Below, piece by piece: positions 37,891-41,884 of a DNA stretch of 41,884 nt (position 1 is the first letter of the stretch; each line of letters opens with the position of its first letter). This DNA comes from Malacoraja senta (lineage: Eukaryota). A program made the translations under genes and the position numbers. The notes beneath the pieces are model-generated. The model was given only the letters and a program-made list of their open reading frames with translations. It had not been told where the DNA came from and ran no database searches. The stretch covers positions 1 through 41,884 of the forward strand of contig JAXLNO010000152.1 in assembly GCA_038087875.1 (NCBI GenBank), given 5' to 3'.

Positions 37891-38422
37891 AAGGTAGACA
37901 AAAATGCTGGAGAAACTCAGCGGGTGAGGCAGCGTCTATGGAGCGAAGGAAATAGGCAACGTTTCGGGTCGAAACCCTTCTTCAGACTGATGTGAGGGTG
38001 GGGGGTGGGGGGGGGGGGCGGGAAGAAGAAATGAAGAGGAGGAGCCGGTGGGCTGAGGGAGAGCTGGGAAGGGGAGGAGAAAGCAAGGACTACCTGAAAT
38101 TGGAGAGTCAATGTTCGTGCCGCTGGGGTGTAAACTGCCCAAGCGAAATATGAGGTGCTGCTCCTCCAATTTACGGTGGTCCTCGCTCTGTGCCATGGAG
38201 GAGGCCCAGGACAGAAAGCTCGGATTCGGAATGGGAGGGGGAGTTGAAGTGCTGAGCCACCGGGAGTTGAGGTTGGTTATTGCGAGGTGATCGGCGAAGC
38301 GATCGCCAAGCCTACGCTCGGTCTCACCGATGTAGAGCAGCTGACAGCGGATGCAGTAGAACAGCAGATTTAGAGCAGCGGATGCAATATATGAGGTTGG
38401 AGGAGGTGCAGGGGAACCTCTG
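37891..38422 (-). mobile_element. Penelope-like element fragment: decayed GIY-YIG endonuclease plus terminal repeat
   Basis: YCIRCQLLYIGETERRLGDRFADH and RKLEEQHLIFRLGSLHPSG on the minus strand; hammerhead-like core at about 37957-37986. Confidence 0.9.
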
Positions 38423-38589
38423 ACTGGATTTAAAATTTTAAAAAAGCTAGAATGTTCATATCTTTAGCAGACATGCATTATAGTTCTGTAGATGGGGAAA
38501 TAGCAATGAATAAGAATTTTTTAAAGTATCACTTTGTGATGGCATCTGGTCACGTGTGTGACATTTCGGTTCACTTTCCAAAGATTGGC

Positions 38590-38960
38590 CCATAAACTAA
38601 ACTCATCTGCCTGCACGGGATCCACATCCCTCCATTTCCCACATTATCCATGTGCCTATCTAAAAGCCTCATAGACGCCACTAACGTATCTGCCTCCACC
38701 ACCACCCCTGGCAGCACGTTCCAGGCAACCCCACCACCCTCTGTGTAAACCCCCCCCCCAACTTCATTCACACTTCTCCTTTAAACTTTGCCCCTCTCAG
38801 CTTAAAACTACGCCCTCTGGTCTTTAACAGTTCCAGAAAAGGTTCTGAGTGTCTACCCTATCTGTACCTCTCATATTTGTATATCCTTCTATCAGGTCTC
38901 CCCTTAAACTCTGGTGTTCTAGAGAAAATAATGTGCAAATATCTTCCTGTAGCTAATATT
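38590..38960 (-). mobile_element. Old CR1-like LINE 3' fragment
   Basis: AWNVLPGVVVEADTLVASMRLLDRHM. Confidence 0.65.
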
Positions 38961-39009
38961 CCCTAAACTAGGTATTGTCATTTAAAAAATAGCATTGAAA
39001 TAGTGGCAG

Positions 39010-39617
39010 ACATAGTGCCAGGGTGGCACGGTGAAGCAGCCTGCTTTGGGGATCCCTGGAGGAGAAGAGCTCCGACTCGCCGGCCCGCAGCCTACAACAT
39101 CTTGAAGCCGCAGTCCGCGGAGCTTTTAGCCACGGGCGCAGCGTGGACTTACCATCCGGAGCGGGATCCCTCGCTGGGGATCCCTGGAGAAGAGCTCCGA
39201 CTCGCCGGCCCGCAGCCTACAACATCTTGAAGCCGCAGTCCGCGGAGCTTCTAGCCAGGGGGGTCCCTGGAAAAGAACTTCGACCGCCGGCCTGCGGCCT
39301 ACATCATCTTCAAGCCGCGGTCTCCGGTAGGGAAGCACCGATTCGGGACTTACCTTCCAGAAGAGATGGCCTGTACATCCGGCCGCCCGCAACGGCGACT
39401 GCGGAGGTTTATGGCCCCGATCACAGGGGAACAATGGAGGAGGACTGACTGTATTTTGTGCTTCCACCACAGTGAAGAATGCAGTGGTGGATGCTTGTGT
39501 TAAATTTTATTGTGTATTGTGTGTTCTTTTTGATTGTTCCGCTGCTGGCAAATTCATTTCACTGCAGCTTATTGTGTAGGTGATGAATAAATCTGATTGA
39601 TTGATTGATTGATTGAT
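39010..39617 (+). mobile_element. GC-rich non-autonomous retroelement with three internal tandem units and (gatt)n tail
   Basis: ggatccctggagaagagctccgactcgccggcccgcagcctacaacatcttgaagccgc repeated; tail related to the 12222 and 13068 elements. Confidence 0.6.
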
Positions 39618-39619
39618 CA

Positions 39620-41010
39620 AACAGGGCATCAATAATACCGGTGCCCAAGAAGAGCAAGGTGACGTGCCTCAACGACTATCGACCAGTGGCACTAACGTCT
39701 GTGGTGATGAAGTGCTTTGAGAGGTTGATCATGACGCAGATCAACTCCTACCTCGACAAAAACCTGGACCCACTGCAGTTCGCTTACCGCCACAACAGAT
39801 TAACGGTGGATGCGATCTCGCTGGCTCTCCACTCCGCTCTGGACCACTTGGACGACAAAAACTCATATGTCAGGCTGTTATTCATCGATTACAGCTCGGC
39901 ATTTAACACAATCATCCCCTCCAAGCTGGTTACCAAGCTCCCAGAACTGGGTCTCTGCGCATCCCTCTGCAATTGGATCCTCGACTTCCTCATTCACAGA
40001 CCACAGTCTGTCCGTATTGGTGGAAATGTGTCATCCTCGATAACAATCAGCACGGGAGCACCTCAAGGCTGCGTGCTCAGCCCTCTGCTGTACTCACTCT
40101 ATACTCATGACTGCGTAGCCGGACATATTGCGAACTCCATCATCAAGTTCGCTGATGACACCACTGTTGTGGGACGTATCACTGATGGGGACGAGTCAGA
40201 GTATAGAAGGGAGATCGACCGATTGATCAAATGGTGCCAACACTATAACCTGGCCCTCAACACCAGCAAAACCAAGGAACTGATTGTGGACTTTGGAAGG
40301 AGTAGGATGGGGACCCACAGTTCCGTTTATATCAACGGGTCGATGGTGGAAAGGGTCAAGAGCTTCAAATTCCTGGGCGTGCATATTTCCAAAGATCTTT
40401 CCTGGTCCGAGAACACTGATGCAATTATAAAGAAAGCACATCAGCGCCTCTACTTCCTGAGAAGATTACGGAGAGTCGGTTTGTCAAGGAGGACTCTCTC
40501 TAACTTCTACAGGTGCACAGTAGAGAGCATGCTGACCGGTTGCATCGTGGCTTGGTTCAGCAACTTGAGTGCCCAGGAGCGGAAAAGGCTGCAAAAAGTT
40601 GTCAACACTGCCCAGTCCATCATCGGCTCTGACCTCCCTACCATCGAGGGGATCCATCGCAGTCGCTGCCTCAGAAAGGCTGGCAGCATCATCAAGACCC
40701 ACACCATCCTGGCCACACACTCATCTCCCCCTACCTTCAGGTAGAAGGTACAGGAGCCTGAAATCTGCAACATCCAGGTTCAGGAATAGCTGCTTCCCCA
40801 CAGCCATCAGGCTATTAAACACAACTTCAAACAAACTCTGAACTAAAACACCCTATTGCACTTTATCTGTTTATTTATGTGTGTATATATATATTCTATG
40901 CTATATCGACACACTGATCTGTTCTGTATTTATGCCTACAATATTCTGTTGTGCTGAAGCAATTGTCCAATCTGGGACACATGACAATAAACTCTCTTGA
41001 CTTGACTTGA
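39620..41010 (+). mobile_element. 5'-truncated Rex1/Babar LINE; RT ORF 39641-40744 with frameshifted C-terminus to 40841
   Basis: [50 protein letters not shown]; (cttga)n tail. Confidence 0.95.
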
Positions 41011-41030
41011 GCAGTCGAATCGTTGCCTTA

Positions 41031-41640
41031 TGCCCCTGTCCCACTTAGGCGATTGTTCAGACGACTACAGGCGACTAGGCTGTCGCCACGTGGTCGCCGG
41101 GGTGTCGCCACGTGGTCGTGAGTCGTCTCCTGAGTCGCCCAAAGAGTCGTAGCGTTTTTCTGGTCGCCACTGGATTTTGAAATGTTCAAAACCTTTCGGG
41201 GACAGTCGGCGACAGTGGGTTTGACGCCAATGAGCGTAGCTTGACTTCTCCTGACGTGGGTGCTGTCGTACGTTGTCGCCAGGATGACGTAGGTAGTCGC
41301 CGGTGCTGACTTCGGTGAACTCCATTGGCGACTACCTACGTCAACTTACGTCAACCGGCGACAGGTACCAGCGACTGAATTGTCTTCAGTTGTCGCCGAC
41401 AGGGTCGTTGCTTGTCGTAGCTTGTCGCGGGTGGACGTAGGTTGTCATAGGTGTGGTCGTAGGTGGACGCCCTAATGGGTCGCCGGTTGTCGGTAGCTTG
41501 CTGTAGCTTGACGTCGACAAGGTGGTAGCTTGCTGTACCTTGTCGTGGACATTGTCCAGTCGCCAGTTTTTCGGCGACCTGCTACGGCTATGACAGTCGC
41601 CGGCAGTCGCTGAAAGAAGCACCTAAGTGGGACAGGGGCA
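41031..41640. mobile_element. PIF/Harbinger-type MITE inserted in the TTA of a SINE head
   Basis: TIR tgcccctgtcccacttagg / cctaagtgggacaggggca; TTA TSD; many gtcgcc/gtcgt repeats inside. Confidence 0.9.
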
Positions 41641-41787
41641 TTACGGTGCCAGAGACCCGGGTTTGACCCTGACCTCAGGTGCTATCTCTGAACAATTTCC
41701 TGGCTCCCTCTGTGACCAAAATAATATCTGTGCCAAAAATAATGGCAAGATAAACTAACCTCCTCTCATCCCCATCCCCATCCCCCT

Positions 41788-41884
41788 AGTTAGTTTAGTT
41801 TAGTTTAGAGATACAGCATAGTAACAGGCCATTCAGCCCACCGGGTCTACGCTGACCATCGATCACACGTTCACCCTAGTTCTA
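41788..41884 (-). mobile_element. HE1-like SINE 3' end
   Basis: (gttta)n followed by gagatacagc...aacaggcc. Confidence 0.7.

Noticed and set aside
39045..39320. CRISPR-like or regularly spaced repeat array
   Set aside because: Three degenerate tandem units inside a retroelement, without unique equal-length spacers or cas genes; the context is eukaryotic.

Overview
Non-coding, transposon-saturated vertebrate DNA, most likely a cartilaginous fish (skate/ray/shark). The basis is HE1-like tRNA-derived V-SINEs, CR1/HER1-like LINEs, and Rex1/Babar, Penelope-like and L1/Tx1 fragments; family names are from recalled consensus features, not a database search. No host exon could be supported, and the long ORFs are truncated retroelement reverse transcriptases. 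Main observations: (1) a 1.75-kb palindrome (790-bp arms at 6147-6936 and 7112-7901) that reconstructs as a duplication-inversion splitting a hAT element whose 8-bp TSD is still visible; (2) several short TSD-flanked hairpin elements made of inverted Penelope-like terminal repeats, some carrying hammerhead-ribozyme-like cores; (3) ten PIF/Harbinger-type MITEs in four subfamilies sharing one TIR, several with a covarying internal palindrome; (4) GC-rich non-coding retroelements with Rex1-like tails; (5) TE-free, enhancer-like islands and a consensus CTCF site.
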